A DNA stretch of 64,000 nt. Origin: Longimicrobiales bacterium (lineage in GTDB: Bacteria > Gemmatimonadota > Gemmatimonadetes > Longimicrobiales > RSA9). The stretch lies in assembly GCA_050732635.1 (NCBI GenBank), contig JBOHRE010000005.1, positions 2,897 through 66,896 of the forward strand. The letters run 5' to 3'. Position 1 is the first letter of the stretch. Each line of letters begins with the position of its first letter. The notes under the pieces were generated by a model that worked only from the letters and a program-made list of their open reading frames with translations, had not been told where the DNA came from and ran no database searches. The position numbers and the translations under genes were made by a program. Of the stretch, positions 36,144 to 46,462 are shown in pieces.

Positions 36144-37069
36144 GCCTGCTCGTCGTGGGCAGCGTCGCACTCGACACCGTCACGACCCCGTTCGGCACGG
36201 CCGAGGAGACGTTGGGCGGGTCGGCGGTCTTCTTCAGCGCCTCGGCCGCGCACTTTTGTTCGGTCAGGCTGGTCGGTGTGATCGGCGATGATTTTCCCGA
36301 GGAATCGCTCGAGTTCCTGGTCGAGCGCGGCGTCGATCTGGCCGGGCTGACCCGGGCCGACGGTGAGAGCTTCCGCTGGTCCGGTGAGTACAGTTATGAC
36401 CTGAACACCGCCCGGACGCGCGAGACACGGCTCGGCGTTTTCGCCGATTTCAAGCCCACGATCCCGGAAGCATTTCGGGGCAGCGACTGGGTGTTTCTGG
36501 GTAACATCCATCCGCAGCTACAGCTCGATGTACTGAAGCAGGTCCGCTCACCGCGGCTCGTTGCCTGTGACACGATGAACTACTGGATCTCCTCCGAGCG
36601 CACGGCTCTGATCCGGCTGCTCCGTAGAGTGGGCGTGCTGCTGGTCAATGACGCCGAGATCCGGGCGCTGAGCGGCGAGCACAATCTGCTGCGCGCCGCG
36701 CGCTGGGTCCATGAGCACGGGCCCGGGATCGTCGTGGTGAAGAAGGGCGAGCACGGCGCGATGCTGTTCCATCGCGACGTGATGTTCTTCGCGCCGGGCT
36801 TCCCGCTGGAGGACATCTTCGATCCGACCGGCGCCGGCGATGCGTTCGCGGGTGGGTTCCTGGGCGCTCTCGCGCGCTGTGGCTCGAGTGCGCCGCCCGA
36901 CCTCAAGCGGGCCATGATCTACGGCTCGGTGATGGGTTCCTTCGCCGTCGAGCGCTTCGGCGTGGAGCGGCTGAAGACGCTGCGCGCGGAGGAAGTCGAG
37001 GATCGGGTGCGCCACTTTCGCGAGCTGACGTCGTTCGAGCAGGTCGTGCCGGAAGCGCTGAATGCCTGA
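36140..37069 (+). CDS. PfkB-family carbohydrate/nucleoside kinase
   Basis: 309 aa. PfkB signature DPTGAGDAFAGGFLGAL near the C-terminus. Confidence 0.8.
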   Translation: MSLLVVGSVALDTVTTPFGTAEETLGGSAVFFSASAAHFCSVRLVGVIGDDFPEESLEFLVERGVDLAGLTRADGESFRWSGEYSYDLNTARTRETRLGVFADFKPTIPEAFRGSDWVFLGNIHPQLQLDVLKQVRSPRLVACDTMNYWISSERTALIRLLRRVGVLLVNDAEIRALSGEHNLLRAARWVHEHGPGIVVVKKGEHGAMLFHRDVMFFAPGFPLEDIFDPTGAGDAFAGGFLGALARCGSSAPPDLKRAMIYGSVMGSFAVERFGVERLKTLRAEEVEDRVRHFRELTSFEQVVPEALNA

Positions 37070-38096
37070 AGGCCGACTCAGCTACCAGGATGCCGGTGTC
37101 GATCGGGAGAAGGCCGGTCATGCCAAGCGGCGGATCGGCGAGCTCGTGCGCGACACGCTGGGTCCGGAGGTCGTCGCCAATCCCGGTGGATTCGGTGGCC
37201 TGTACCGCCTGCCGCAGAGCGACGGCGGCATTCTCGTGGCGAGCGCGGATGGCGTCGGCACCAAGCTGAAGGTCGCCATCCTTGCCGGCCGGCACGAGAC
37301 GGTGGGTGAGGATTTGGTGAACCACTGCGTCGACGACATCCTCGTCGAGGGTGCCCGCCCGCTCTTCTTCCTCGACTACCTCGGCATGGGCGCGCTCGAG
37401 CCCGGCGTCGTCGAGGCCATCGTCGCCGGTGTCGCACGCGGCTGCCGCGCCAACGGCTGCGCGCTCCTCGGCGGCGAGACCGCCGAACTGCCGAGCATGT
37501 ATGCCAAGGGCGACTATGACCTGGCCGGCTTCATCGTGGGCCTGACCCGCGAGGCCGAGCGTCCCGGAGCGCACCGCGTTCAGGCCGGAAACACGCTGCT
37601 CGGCCTCGCCTCGAACGGCTTCCACACCAACGGCTACTCGCTGCTGCGACGCCTGCTCTTGCAGGACCTGGGGCTCGGGCTGGATGACCGGTTTCCCGAC
37701 ATGGCAGAAACGGTGGCCGAGGTGCTGCTGCGCGTGCATCGCAGCTATCGTGAGGCTGTCCACCCACTGATCGTCGAGGGCCGTGTGCACGCGCTCGCAC
37801 ATATCACGGGTGGCGGCATCGTTGACAATCTGGCGCGGGTCCTGCCCAGGGACGCCGATGCCCGGGTCCGGCGCGGCAGCTGGCGGCCGCCGCCGGAGTT
37901 CCTCGCCGTCCAGCAGCACGGGCGGATTTCGGATCGGGAAATGTACCTGACGTTCAACATGGGTATCGGTCTGATCCTGATCGTGGAAGCGGACGAGGCG
38001 ACTGCGCTGATCCACCGCCTGCGGGCCGGTGGTGAGCGCGCCTGGCCGATCGGTGAGGTCGTGCCCGGCACAGGCCGGGTGGTGCTGGACGAATGA
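37062..38096 (+). CDS. purM: Phosphoribosylformylglycinamidine cyclo-ligase (AIR synthetase)
   Basis: 344 aa. SYQDAGVDREKA and DGVGTKLKVA motifs. Confidence 0.95.
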   Translation: MPEGRLSYQDAGVDREKAGHAKRRIGELVRDTLGPEVVANPGGFGGLYRLPQSDGGILVASADGVGTKLKVAILAGRHETVGEDLVNHCVDDILVEGARPLFFLDYLGMGALEPGVVEAIVAGVARGCRANGCALLGGETAELPSMYAKGDYDLAGFIVGLTREAERPGAHRVQAGNTLLGLASNGFHTNGYSLLRRLLLQDLGLGLDDRFPDMAETVAEVLLRVHRSYREAVHPLIVEGRVHALAHITGGGIVDNLARVLPRDADARVRRGSWRPPPEFLAVQQHGRISDREMYLTFNMGIGLILIVEADEATALIHRLRAGGERAWPIGEVVPGTGRVVLDE

Positions 38097-38116
38097 GAGA
38101 GCGCAAAGGAGAACGC

Positions 38117-39163
38117 ATGAAAGGGTGGGACGCAGATATCGCATGGCGATCGCGGCGCGGCGCGGCTGTTGCGGCGCTCGCCGCATTGATCCTGCTGTCG
38201 CCGAGGCCGGTCGAGGCGCAGCTGACGTCCGAGTGTAAGCGCGCGGCTGATGGGCTGCCGGGGGTCATTCCGGCTGCCGACCGCGAGCGCGTCGAGCAGT
38301 ACTGCAACCTGGTCGCGCTCACGGTCGAGGCCACCCAGCCGAGGCTGGGCCTCGGGCTGAGCGGCGGCAATCCCGTGCCCGGCACCGGCAGTACGCTCGG
38401 GATGCGGCTCGGCACCTTGCCGCGGCTCAGTCTCGCGCTGCGCGCCACGGCGGTGAAGACCGACATCCCCGACATCCGGACCGAGACTGCTACGGGAGAG
38501 CTCACCTTCCCGCTCGGCAGCATCGACGCCGACGGGGCACTTGGACTGTACTCCGGCTTTTCGGTCGCGCCGACGGTGGGTGGTATCGGCTCGGTCGATC
38601 TGCTGGCGAGCGCGGGAATCATCCCGGTCCCGAGCGGCGAAGGCTTCGGCGACGCCTCACCCACCACGTGGGCTGCCGGCGCTCGGGTCGGCCTGCTGCG
38701 CGAGTCGTTCACGTTGCCCGGACTCTCGGTGTCGGCGATGTACCGCAGCCTCGGCGAGGTCACCTACGGCGATTCGCTGCTTCAACAGGACGACGCCTAC
38801 TTTCACGCAGATCTCCGCCAGCTCAGTCTGCGCGGCGTGGTCAGCAAGGACGTGCTGTTCTTTGCGTTCGCTGCCGGTGCGGGCTGGGACCGTTTCACGA
38901 GCGACGTCGCATTCGGCGCATCCAGCGCAGGAACGTTCCCGGGGACCAACTACATCGTGCGGATTCCAAGCACGGAACTGCAGACCGATGCCACCGTGGT
39001 CTTCGGCAATCTGGCGCTGAATTTCCTGGTCGCGAATCTGGTCGCGGAGCTGGGCTGGCAATCCGGCGGCGATCTGGAGAGCGCGACCCTGGCGCCGGGC
39101 CGCACCGTGACGGGCGACGACGGCACGATCTTCGGCAGCCTGGCGCTGCGGCTCTCGTTCTAG
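38117..39163 (+). CDS. Hypothetical outer-membrane beta-barrel protein
   Basis: ATG with AAAGGAG 8 nt upstream (the ORF-track start at 38093 is the alternative). Signal peptide ending PVEAQ. Alternating-hydrophobic strands. C-terminal GSLALRLSF (terminal Phe). Confidence 0.6.
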   Translation: MKGWDADIAWRSRRGAAVAALAALILLSPRPVEAQLTSECKRAADGLPGVIPAADRERVEQYCNLVALTVEATQPRLGLGLSGGNPVPGTGSTLGMRLGTLPRLSLALRATAVKTDIPDIRTETATGELTFPLGSIDADGALGLYSGFSVAPTVGGIGSVDLLASAGIIPVPSGEGFGDASPTTWAAGARVGLLRESFTLPGLSVSAMYRSLGEVTYGDSLLQQDDAYFHADLRQLSLRGVVSKDVLFFAFAAGAGWDRFTSDVAFGASSAGTFPGTNYIVRIPSTELQTDATVVFGNLALNFLVANLVAELGWQSGGDLESATLAPGRTVTGDDGTIFGSLALRLSF

Positions 39164-39179
39164 CGGGCGGAACGGTCGA

Positions 39180-40289
39180 ATGGCGGCGGTCGGGGGTGAC
39201 GAGGCGCACCGCGAGTTCATGCGGCAGGCGCTCGACCTGGCCGAAAGGGGCTGGGGCCGCGTGCAGCCCAATCCGCTGGTCGGCGCCGTCGTGGTGCGCG
39301 CTGGCGAGGTCGTGGGCGTCGGCTGGCACGCCGAGCATGGTGGCGAGCATGCCGAAATCGCGGCGCTACGCGCTGCGGGCGCAGCGGCGGCCGGCGCGAC
39401 GCTGTACGTGACGCTCGAGCCGTGCGCGCATACCGGCAAGACGCCACCCTGCACCGACGCGATCCAGCGCGCCGGCATCGCGCGCGTCGTTTACGCCACA
39501 GAGGACCCGCACGCGGTCGCGGGCGGTGGCGCGCGCTGTCTGGCCGAGCAGGGGATCGACGTGCTCGGCGGCGTCGAGCGAGACGCTGCACGGACGCTGA
39601 ACGCCCCTTTCTTCCATGCCGTGGAGCAGGAATCCTGCTTCGTCGCGCTGAAGCTGGCGGTCTCACTGGACGCCGCGATCGCTCCGGCGCCGGGCGCCCG
39701 CGCCCAGCTGACTGGCAGCGAAGCGGTGGCCGATGCCCACCGTTGGCGTGCCGCGGCGGATGCGATCGTCGTCGGTGCTGGCACCGCGCGCGTCGACGAC
39801 CCGCTGCTGACCGTGCGGGGCGACATCGCGCCCCGCGTGGTTCCGGTGCGGGTCGTGCTCGACTCGAAGCTGACGCTGTCTCCCGGCAGCCGGCTGGCTC
39901 GCACTGCCCGAGATGCGCCCCTCTGGCTGTTCGCCTCCTCTCAGGCCCCGCGCGATCGCGAGCGCTGCCTCGAGTCGCTCGGGGCGCGGGTCACGCGCGT
40001 CGCCGTACGGGATGGCATGCTCGATCCGCTCGATGTGCTCGGCGCGCTCTGGGACGACGGCCTGCGCTCGGTCCTGTGCGAGGGCGGAGCCCGGCTGGCG
40101 GGCTCACTGCTCCGCGAGCGGCGCGTCCAACGGCTGATCCTGTACGTTGCGCCGGTGCTGTTCGGCGCCGGCGCTGTCCCGGCCTTCGCAGGCGCTGCCC
40201 CGGAGCCCGCCGACGACTGGCTGCCGCCGACGGTGCTACAGCTCGGGCCCGATGTGCGCTTCGTCCTGGACCGCCGGTCGTCAGCCTGA
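39180..40289 (+). CDS. ribD: Bifunctional riboflavin-biosynthesis deaminase/reductase
   Basis: 369 aa. Deaminase Zn motif HAEIAAL...TLEPCAHTGKTPPC plus a C-terminal reductase domain. Confidence 0.9.
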   Translation: MAAVGGDEAHREFMRQALDLAERGWGRVQPNPLVGAVVVRAGEVVGVGWHAEHGGEHAEIAALRAAGAAAAGATLYVTLEPCAHTGKTPPCTDAIQRAGIARVVYATEDPHAVAGGGARCLAEQGIDVLGGVERDAARTLNAPFFHAVEQESCFVALKLAVSLDAAIAPAPGARAQLTGSEAVADAHRWRAAADAIVVGAGTARVDDPLLTVRGDIAPRVVPVRVVLDSKLTLSPGSRLARTARDAPLWLFASSQAPRDRERCLESLGARVTRVAVRDGMLDPLDVLGALWDDGLRSVLCEGGARLAGSLLRERRVQRLILYVAPVLFGAGAVPAFAGAAPEPADDWLPPTVLQLGPDVRFVLDRRSSA

Positions 40290-40290
40290 C

Positions 40291-40911
40291 ATGTTCACCG
40301 GCATCGTGGAAGCGTTGGGAACCGTCGCGGCGGTGGCGCCCAGCGGCGCTACGCTTCGACTCGAGGTCGCGGCCGGCGAGCTCGCGCGCTCCCTGGCGCA
40401 GGGCGATTCGATCGCGATCGATGGCGTCTGCCAGACCGTCGTCGAACGGCAGCAAGACAGCTTCACTGTGCAGGCGATTGCCACGACCGTCGAGCGTACT
40501 ACCTTCGGCACGCTGCAGGTGGGCGCGCTGGTGAACCTCGAGCGCGCGCTGGCCGTGGGGCAGCGACTGGGCGGCCACCTGGTTCAGGGTCATGTCGACG
40601 GTACCGGCCTGGTCGTCGGGCTGGAGCGCGGTGGCGAGCACGTACTGCTGGATGTGCGGCTGCCTGAGGAAGCCGCCGATGTCACGGTGTTGCGCGGGTC
40701 GATCGCGCTCAACGGCGTGAGCCTGACGGTGAGCGCCAAGCCGCAGCTGGACGTGGCGCGAGTCGCGCTGATCCCCTACACCTGGGAGCGAACGAACCTG
40801 TCGCGGCTGCGGGAGGGTGACCCCGTCAACGTCGAGGGCGACATGGTCGGGCGTTTCGTGGTGGACTACCTGAAGCGAATCGCCGGGGGCGGGGTAGAGG
40901 AGGCGTCATGA
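40291..40911 (+). CDS. ribE: Riboflavin synthase
   Basis: Start trimmed to [12 protein letters not shown]. Two lumazine-binding repeats. 206 aa. Confidence 0.9.
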   Translation: MFTGIVEALGTVAAVAPSGATLRLEVAAGELARSLAQGDSIAIDGVCQTVVERQQDSFTVQAIATTVERTTFGTLQVGALVNLERALAVGQRLGGHLVQGHVDGTGLVVGLERGGEHVLLDVRLPEEAADVTVLRGSIALNGVSLTVSAKPQLDVARVALIPYTWERTNLSRLREGDPVNVEGDMVGRFVVDYLKRIAGGGVEEAS

Positions 40912-42206
40912 GCACGGAATCGAGCATGCCGTTCGAGCGCGTCGAAGCGGCGATCGCCGACATCGCCCAAGGCCGCATGGTCATCGTCGCCGATGACGAG
41001 GACCGCGAAAACGAGGGCGATCTGGTCTGCGCAGCAGCCAAGATTACACCGGCCATGGTGAATTTCATGGCGCTTCAGGGCCGAGGCCTGATTTGCGTGG
41101 CTCTGACGCCCGAGCGTGCCGACGAGCTCGACCTGCCCCTCATGGCCGAGCAAGCGCAGGACGGTTTCGGCACGGCCTTCACCGTGTCGGTCGATGCGCA
41201 TCAGCGCTTCGGTGTAACGACCGGAATCAGCGCCCAGGACCGCGCGAAGACCATCGAGCTGCTCGCCTCGACGGCGACGAAACCGGGTGATCTGCGGCGA
41301 CCCGGCCATGTCTTCCCGTTGCGTGCCGTGCCGGGCGGTGTGCTCCGCCGCGTCGGGCAGACCGAGGCATCCGTCGATCTCGCGCGGATGGCCGGCCTCG
41401 CGCCCGCCGGTGTGATCTGCGAGATCATGAACCCGGATGGAAGCATGGCCCGCCGGCCGGAGCTCGAGCGCTTCGCCCGTGAACACGACCTGCGTTTCAT
41501 CACCGTGGCCGACATCGTCGCCTACCGCCTGTGCCACGAGCGGCTGGTCCGCCGCATTGCCGAGGCGCTGCTACCCACGCCCTACGGTGATTTTCGCGTC
41601 GTCGCCTTCGAGAACCAGATCGACCACCGCGAGCACGTCGCATTGGTCAAGGGCGAAATCGCGGGAGAGCGCAACGTGCTCGTGCGTATGCACTCGGAGT
41701 GCCTGACCGGCGATGTGTTTCATTCACTGCGTTGCGATTGCGGCGAGCAGCTGCACGCTGCCATGCGCCGGATCGATGAGGCCGGCCAGGGTGCGGTCGT
41801 CTACCTGCGCCAGGAAGGTCGCGGCATCGGGCTCGCCAATAAGATCCGTGCCTACGCGTTGCAGGATCAAGGACAGGACACCGTCGAGGCGAACGAGTCA
41901 CTCGGCTTCAAGCCGGACCTGCGCGACTATGGCCTTGGCGCGCAGATTCTGCTCGATCTGGGCCTTTCATCGATTCGCCTGTTGACGAACAATCCGCGCA
42001 AGGTCGTCGGTCTCGAGGGGTACGGCTTGGCGATCACGGGACGCGAGCCGATCCAGATCTCACCGACAGACTTCAATCGCGGCTATCTCGCAGCCAAGCG
42101 CGACAAGCTCGGGCACCTGCTGGGTGAGGCAGGCGACGTCCGCGTGCTGCCGCAGGCCGGCAAGGTCCCGCGTCTGGACACACCGACGCTGTCCGACCCC
42201 GAGTGA
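40908..42206 (+). CDS. ribBA: Bifunctional 3,4-dihydroxy-2-butanone-4-phosphate synthase / GTP cyclohydrolase II
   Basis: 432 aa. [12 protein letters not shown] (DHBP synthase) and [23 protein letters not shown] (GCH II). Confidence 0.95.
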   Translation: MSTESSMPFERVEAAIADIAQGRMVIVADDEDRENEGDLVCAAAKITPAMVNFMALQGRGLICVALTPERADELDLPLMAEQAQDGFGTAFTVSVDAHQRFGVTTGISAQDRAKTIELLASTATKPGDLRRPGHVFPLRAVPGGVLRRVGQTEASVDLARMAGLAPAGVICEIMNPDGSMARRPELERFAREHDLRFITVADIVAYRLCHERLVRRIAEALLPTPYGDFRVVAFENQIDHREHVALVKGEIAGERNVLVRMHSECLTGDVFHSLRCDCGEQLHAAMRRIDEAGQGAVVYLRQEGRGIGLANKIRAYALQDQGQDTVEANESLGFKPDLRDYGLGAQILLDLGLSSIRLLTNNPRKVVGLEGYGLAITGREPIQISPTDFNRGYLAAKRDKLGHLLGEAGDVRVLPQAGKVPRLDTPTLSDPE

Positions 42207-42670
42207 ACGAGCTGCGCGGCGAGCTGGACGGCACCGGCAAGCACTTCGCGATCGTCGTCAGCCGGTTCCACGAGTTGATCACCGAGCGCTTGCTCGATGC
42301 TGCTCGGGGCTGTTTGCTCGAGCACGGTGTAGCGCCGGACCAGGTGATGATCGCGCGTGTACCGGGTGCCTGGGAGCTGCCCGTCGCGGCGCAACGGCTG
42401 GCGCAGCGGCGCACGTTCGCCGGCATCATCGCACTCGGCTGCGTGGTCCGCGGCGAGACACCCCACTTCGAGTACGTCGCCGGCGAGGCGGCGCGCGGCC
42501 TGGCGGAGGTCGCGCTGGGGCAGGGCGTGCCCGTGGCGTTTGGCTTGCTCACGACCGACAGCATGGATCAGGCGATCGCACGCGCCGGTGGCAGCGTCGG
42601 CAACAAAGGCTGGGAAGCCGCGTTGAGCGCGCTCGAGATGGCCGGTCTCTTCGAGCGGCTGGAGAGCTGA
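42203..42670 (+). CDS. ribH: 6,7-dimethyl-8-ribityllumazine synthase
   Basis: 155 aa. VPGAWELP and HFEYV motifs. Confidence 0.95.
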   Translation: MNELRGELDGTGKHFAIVVSRFHELITERLLDAARGCLLEHGVAPDQVMIARVPGAWELPVAAQRLAQRRTFAGIIALGCVVRGETPHFEYVAGEAARGLAEVALGQGVPVAFGLLTTDSMDQAIARAGGSVGNKGWEAALSALEMAGLFERLES

Positions 42671-43110
42671 TGCGCGCGCGGACGCGGGCGCGAGGCTGGG
42701 CGCTACAGATCCTATATGCGTGGGAAACGCGTGGCATGCAGGAGAGCATCGACGCGGTCCACGCCGATTTCATCCACGAGCGTCGGATCGCACCGGAGAG
42801 CCGTTCCTACCTCGGCGAACTGCTGCGCCAGGTCGAGCAACACCGTAGCGAAATCGATCTTACCGTGCAGTCGGCATTGACGAACTGGCGCCTGGAGCGC
42901 CTGGCCGTGATCGACCGCAATGTCCTGCGGCTCGGCGCGGCCGAGATTCTGTTCATACCGGATGTGCCCCCGCGAGTCACGATCCAGGAAGCGATCCATC
43001 TTGCAGAGAAGTACGGTACGCCGGAAAGCCCGCGCTTCGTGAATGGAGTGCTCGATGCGCTGATGCGGCGAGCCCGCAGTGAGCAGGGTGGGTCGGCGCG
43101 AGCGGGATGA
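42670..43110 (+). CDS. nusB: Transcription antitermination factor NusB
   Basis: Start trimmed to [19 protein letters not shown] (TGATG junction with ribH). 146 aa. Conserved ribH-nusB linkage. Confidence 0.9.
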   Translation: MRARTRARGWALQILYAWETRGMQESIDAVHADFIHERRIAPESRSYLGELLRQVEQHRSEIDLTVQSALTNWRLERLAVIDRNVLRLGAAEILFIPDVPPRVTIQEAIHLAEKYGTPESPRFVNGVLDALMRRARSEQGGSARAG

Positions 43111-44290
43111 GACCCTGAAGCTGCTCGTGATCAACTGGCAGGATCGGCTGAATCCGAAGGCGGGCGGAGCCGAGATTCACCTGCACGAGATTTTTGGCCG
43201 AATCGCGTGCCGCGGTCACGAGGTGGTCGCCTTGGTCTCGGGATGGGAGGCAGCGCGATCGCGTGAGATCATCGACGGCATTGATGTGCACCGCACCGGC
43301 GGCCGACACACGTTCAGCCTGGCGGCGCCACATTACTACCGCCGCAGCCTTGCGGCCCTGCCGTTCGACTTGGTGATCGAGGATCTCAACAAGGTTCCGC
43401 TCTTCACACCGTTCTGGCTGAAGCGGCGCCTGCTGCTTCTGGTGCATCACCTGTTCGGCGCGACCGCGTTCGTCGATGCGACACCACCGGTCGCCGCTGC
43501 GACCTGGATCCTGGAGCGACCTCTCGGTCGCGTCTACGCCGGCGTTCCGGTCGAGGCCGTATCGGAGAGTACGGCAGACGACCTGGTACGGCGTGGGTTC
43601 GACCGTTCGGCGATCACGGTGATTCCGAATGGTGTCGATCTCGAACGCTACTCGCCGGCAGCGCCGCACGCACGGGCGGAGCAGCCGACCGTGCTGTATC
43701 TTGGGCGATTGAGACGCTACAAGCGTGTGGATCTGGTCCTGCGCGCGGCGGCGCTGCTGCGCGACCAGGGTGTCGCGTTCCGCGTGGTGATCGCCGGCCG
43801 CGGCGACGCGGCGGCCACGCTGCGGACGCTGACCTCGCGCCTCGGACTCGATGAGCACGTCCGGCTTGCCGGCTTCGTCAGTGAAGATGAGAAGGTGCGA
43901 CTGATGCGCTCCGCCTGGGTCCACGTGCTGACCTCGAGCAAGGAAGGCTGGGGCATCTCGAATCTCGAGGCGGCCGCTTGCGGCACACCGACTGTGGCCA
44001 GCGATTCGCCGGGCCTGCGCGATTCCGTGATTCACGGCGTGACCGGCTTCCTCACGCCATATGGCGATGTCGCGGCGCTCGCCGATGCGCTGCGTGCTGT
44101 GCTCCAAGCGCCGGAGCTGCGGGAGCGGCTCGGCGCTGCCGCACGTGCGTTCGCGGCGCAACATTCCTGGGAGGCGTCGGCGGATCGCACGGAGTCGCAC
44201 CTGTTGCAGATCGTGTCGGCCGCCAGTGGCACGGATCGAGCCGCTGAACGCCACGTCGGGCCCGCCACCATGCCGAAGGAAAGCCCATGA
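43079..44290 (+). CDS. Glycosyltransferase, GT4 (group 1) family
   Basis: 403 aa. N-terminal KLLVINWQD...GGAEIH and C-terminal EGWGISNLEAAACGTPTVASD (E-x7-E). The GTG start overlaps nusB by 32 nt. GTG 43088 is an alternative. Confidence 0.85.
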   Translation: MSRVGRRERDETLKLLVINWQDRLNPKAGGAEIHLHEIFGRIACRGHEVVALVSGWEAARSREIIDGIDVHRTGGRHTFSLAAPHYYRRSLAALPFDLVIEDLNKVPLFTPFWLKRRLLLLVHHLFGATAFVDATPPVAAATWILERPLGRVYAGVPVEAVSESTADDLVRRGFDRSAITVIPNGVDLERYSPAAPHARAEQPTVLYLGRLRRYKRVDLVLRAAALLRDQGVAFRVVIAGRGDAAATLRTLTSRLGLDEHVRLAGFVSEDEKVRLMRSAWVHVLTSSKEGWGISNLEAAACGTPTVASDSPGLRDSVIHGVTGFLTPYGDVAALADALRAVLQAPELRERLGAAARAFAAQHSWEASADRTESHLLQIVSAASGTDRAAERHVGPATMPKESP

Positions 44291-44619
44291 ACGTCAGTAC
44301 GACCGCCCGCTACTGTTCCCCATCCCCCGTTGTGCGGCAACGCGCGATCGAGCAGACGCAGCGCCTGCTCCGCTACAATCGCAGCATCCGAGGGATTGAG
44401 CTCATCTTCGACCGGCAGCGCGCCCTGCGCTCGGTCGAGGCGATCGTCCACCTGACGCGCGCCGCGCCGGTGGTCATGCGCAGCGAGGCCACCACCTTCA
44501 GCGCGGCCGTGGAGTCTCTGATGGATGGTTTGGCGCGGCGCCTCAAGCGCGAGCGCGGCCGCCGCCGTTCGCGCCGCGCAGCCGCTGCGGACCCGTCGCA
44601 ACCGAGCGCGAGCGCCTGA
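44287..44619 (+). CDS. hpf: Ribosome hibernation-promoting factor (short HPF/RaiA, S30EA family)
   Basis: 110 aa. Matches the beta-alpha-beta-beta-beta-alpha HPF pattern (..RQRAIEQTQRLLRYNRSI..IELIF......VEAIVHL.....VMRSEATTFSAAVESLMDGLARRLKRERGRR). Immediately upstream of hprK. Confidence 0.75.
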   Translation: MNVSTTARYCSPSPVVRQRAIEQTQRLLRYNRSIRGIELIFDRQRALRSVEAIVHLTRAAPVVMRSEATTFSAAVESLMDGLARRLKRERGRRRSRRAAAADPSQPSASA

Positions 44620-44625
44620 GGAGCC

Positions 44626-45585
44626 GTGCCACCCATCACGATCGATGATCTGCTGCGGGTCAAGGGCGAGTCCCTTCAGCTCGAGCTGCTGAATCCGTCG
44701 GCCGACGTCTCCCGAGAGATCCTGGAGCCCAGCATCTCGAGCCCTGGCCTGGTCCTCGCAGGATACACCGGCCGCATTCCACGCGGCCGGCTGCAGGTTC
44801 TCGGCGAGACCGAGATCATGTTCCTGTGCTCGCTCGACGAGGCGAAGGCGCGCGAACTGCTCAGCGCTTTCCTGCGCCTGCCGATGCCCGCCGTGGTCGT
44901 CACCAAGGGACAGACGATACCGCCGCCCTTGATCGAGGTGACGGATGAACTGGGCGTGCCGCTTCTGCGGTCATCCCTGAAGACGGGCGAGTTCTACCGT
45001 CGGATTCAGCCGTTTCTGGAGTTCTGTTTCGCGCCGACCACGACCGTCCATGGATCGTTGGCCGATGTCTATGGCGTCGGACTGCTGTTCATCGGCCAGA
45101 GCGGCATTGGCAAGAGCGAGTGCGTCCTCGATCTGGTCGAGCGCGGGCACCGGCTCGTGGCCGACGATGTCGTCTATATCACACGCCGGGGCAATGATGT
45201 CCTGATTGGTCGAGGCCACGAGTTGCAGCGTCACCACATGGAAATCCGTGGCATCGGCATCATCGACATCCCGGCGCTTTTCGGCGTCCGCTCGATCCGC
45301 CAACAGAAGCGCATCGAGGTGGTGGTGCAGCTCGAAGAATGGAGCGACGGCGCAGCATATGATCGGACCGGGCTGGACAGCCAGCAGGTCGAATACCTCG
45401 GCGTCCACCTGCCGATGGTCACCGTACCGCTCAATCCTGGTAAGAACATCACGGTGATCTCAGAGGTGGTGGCCATGAATCATCTGCTGAAGTACTCGGG
45501 CATCGATACGGCCGCGTTGTTCAATGAACGGCTGAAGGAGGCGATGCGCCCGGTGCGGGAGTACCTGGAGCAGGATTATGAGTGA
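44626..45585 (+). CDS. hprK: HPr kinase/phosphorylase (full length)
   Basis: 319 aa. GVGLLFIGQSGIGKSECVLDLVERGHRLVADD Walker A region and HMEIRGIGIIDI signature. GAGGAG RBS before the GTG. Confidence 0.9.
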   Translation: MPPITIDDLLRVKGESLQLELLNPSADVSREILEPSISSPGLVLAGYTGRIPRGRLQVLGETEIMFLCSLDEAKARELLSAFLRLPMPAVVVTKGQTIPPPLIEVTDELGVPLLRSSLKTGEFYRRIQPFLEFCFAPTTTVHGSLADVYGVGLLFIGQSGIGKSECVLDLVERGHRLVADDVVYITRRGNDVLIGRGHELQRHHMEIRGIGIIDIPALFGVRSIRQQKRIEVVVQLEEWSDGAAYDRTGLDSQQVEYLGVHLPMVTVPLNPGKNITVISEVVAMNHLLKYSGIDTAALFNERLKEAMRPVREYLEQDYE

Positions 45586-46000
45586 GCCGGTGCGCGGCAT
45601 CGTGGTGGCGCACGGGAGTCTGGCCCAGGGTCTGGTGGACGCCGCGACGCGGATCATGAGCGTGCCCGAGGGCGCGTTGATCGCCATCAGCAACAACGGC
45701 TTGAGCACCGAGGCGCTCGCCGCGGAAGTCGACCGGCGCGTCGGCACCTCGCGCTGTGTCGTATTCGTCGATCTGCCGGCTGGCAGCTGCGCCTTCGCGG
45801 CGCGGCGGCTGTGTCTCGGACATGGCGAGCGTGCCGTGGTGACCGGCGTGAACCTGCCGATGCTGCTCGAGTTCTCGATGCATCGCGACGAGCCACCGCA
45901 CCAGCTTGCGCACCGCCTCGCGGCCAAGGGCCGGGATGCGATCGCAGCCTCCAACGTCGAGCCGAGCCGGAATGCCGATCGTTCTGTACCGGGTGGATGA
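45578..46000 (+). CDS. PTS mannose/fructose/sorbose-family EIIA component
   Basis: 140 aa. Phosphorylatable His in GIVVAHGSLAQG and the GVNLPMLLE motif, as in IIA-Man. Confidence 0.8.
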   Translation: MSEPVRGIVVAHGSLAQGLVDAATRIMSVPEGALIAISNNGLSTEALAAEVDRRVGTSRCVVFVDLPAGSCAFAARRLCLGHGERAVVTGVNLPMLLEFSMHRDEPPHQLAHRLAAKGRDAIAASNVEPSRNADRSVPGG

Positions 46001-46460
46001 GCGCCTGATCCACGGCCAGGTCATTGTGGGCTGGGGCGCCGTGCTCCACCCCGACCGCATCGTCGTCGTGGATGATCAGGTCGCCGAGTCCGCCTGGGAG
46101 CGCGAGCTCTACGCGATGGGGCTCGGCTCTCGCCTCCAGGCCGACTTCGTCGGGGTGCGCGAGGCGGCCACTGCGCTTGCCGAGTGGAAGCAGGATCCGC
46201 GGCGAACCATCGTGCTGACGCGTGATGTGGCCGCCATGAGGCGGCTGGCGGAGGGCGGCGCGCTCGACGGCGAGACGATCAACATCGGCGGGATTCACCA
46301 TGCGCCCGGCCGGCGCGAGGTCCTGCCGTACGTGTTCCTGAGCTCGACGGAAGCCGAGGAACTCCGCGAGCTCGAGGCGCTCGGCGCCCACGTCGTTGCA
46401 CGCGATCTGCCGGGCTCGCGCGAGGTCTCGCTGCCGCAGCTCGTACGTGGTGGGCTCTGA
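45972..46460 (+). CDS. PTS mannose/sorbose-family EIIB component
   Basis: Start trimmed to MPIVLYRVDERLIHGQV (IIB-Man active-site His context). 162 aa. Overlaps the EIIA gene by 29 nt. Confidence 0.8.
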   Translation: MPIVLYRVDERLIHGQVIVGWGAVLHPDRIVVVDDQVAESAWERELYAMGLGSRLQADFVGVREAATALAEWKQDPRRTIVLTRDVAAMRRLAEGGALDGETINIGGIHHAPGRREVLPYVFLSSTEAEELRELEALGAHVVARDLPGSREVSLPQLVRGGL

Positions 46461-46462
46461 TC

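Noticed and set aside
36903-38186. 427-aa ORF antisense to purM
   Set aside because: High-GC antisense artefact. purM on the + strand is unambiguous.
42977-44254. 425-aa ORF antisense to the GT4 glycosyltransferase
   Set aside because: Same artefact class, with no motifs. The sense gene has a clear E-x7-E glycosyltransferase signature.
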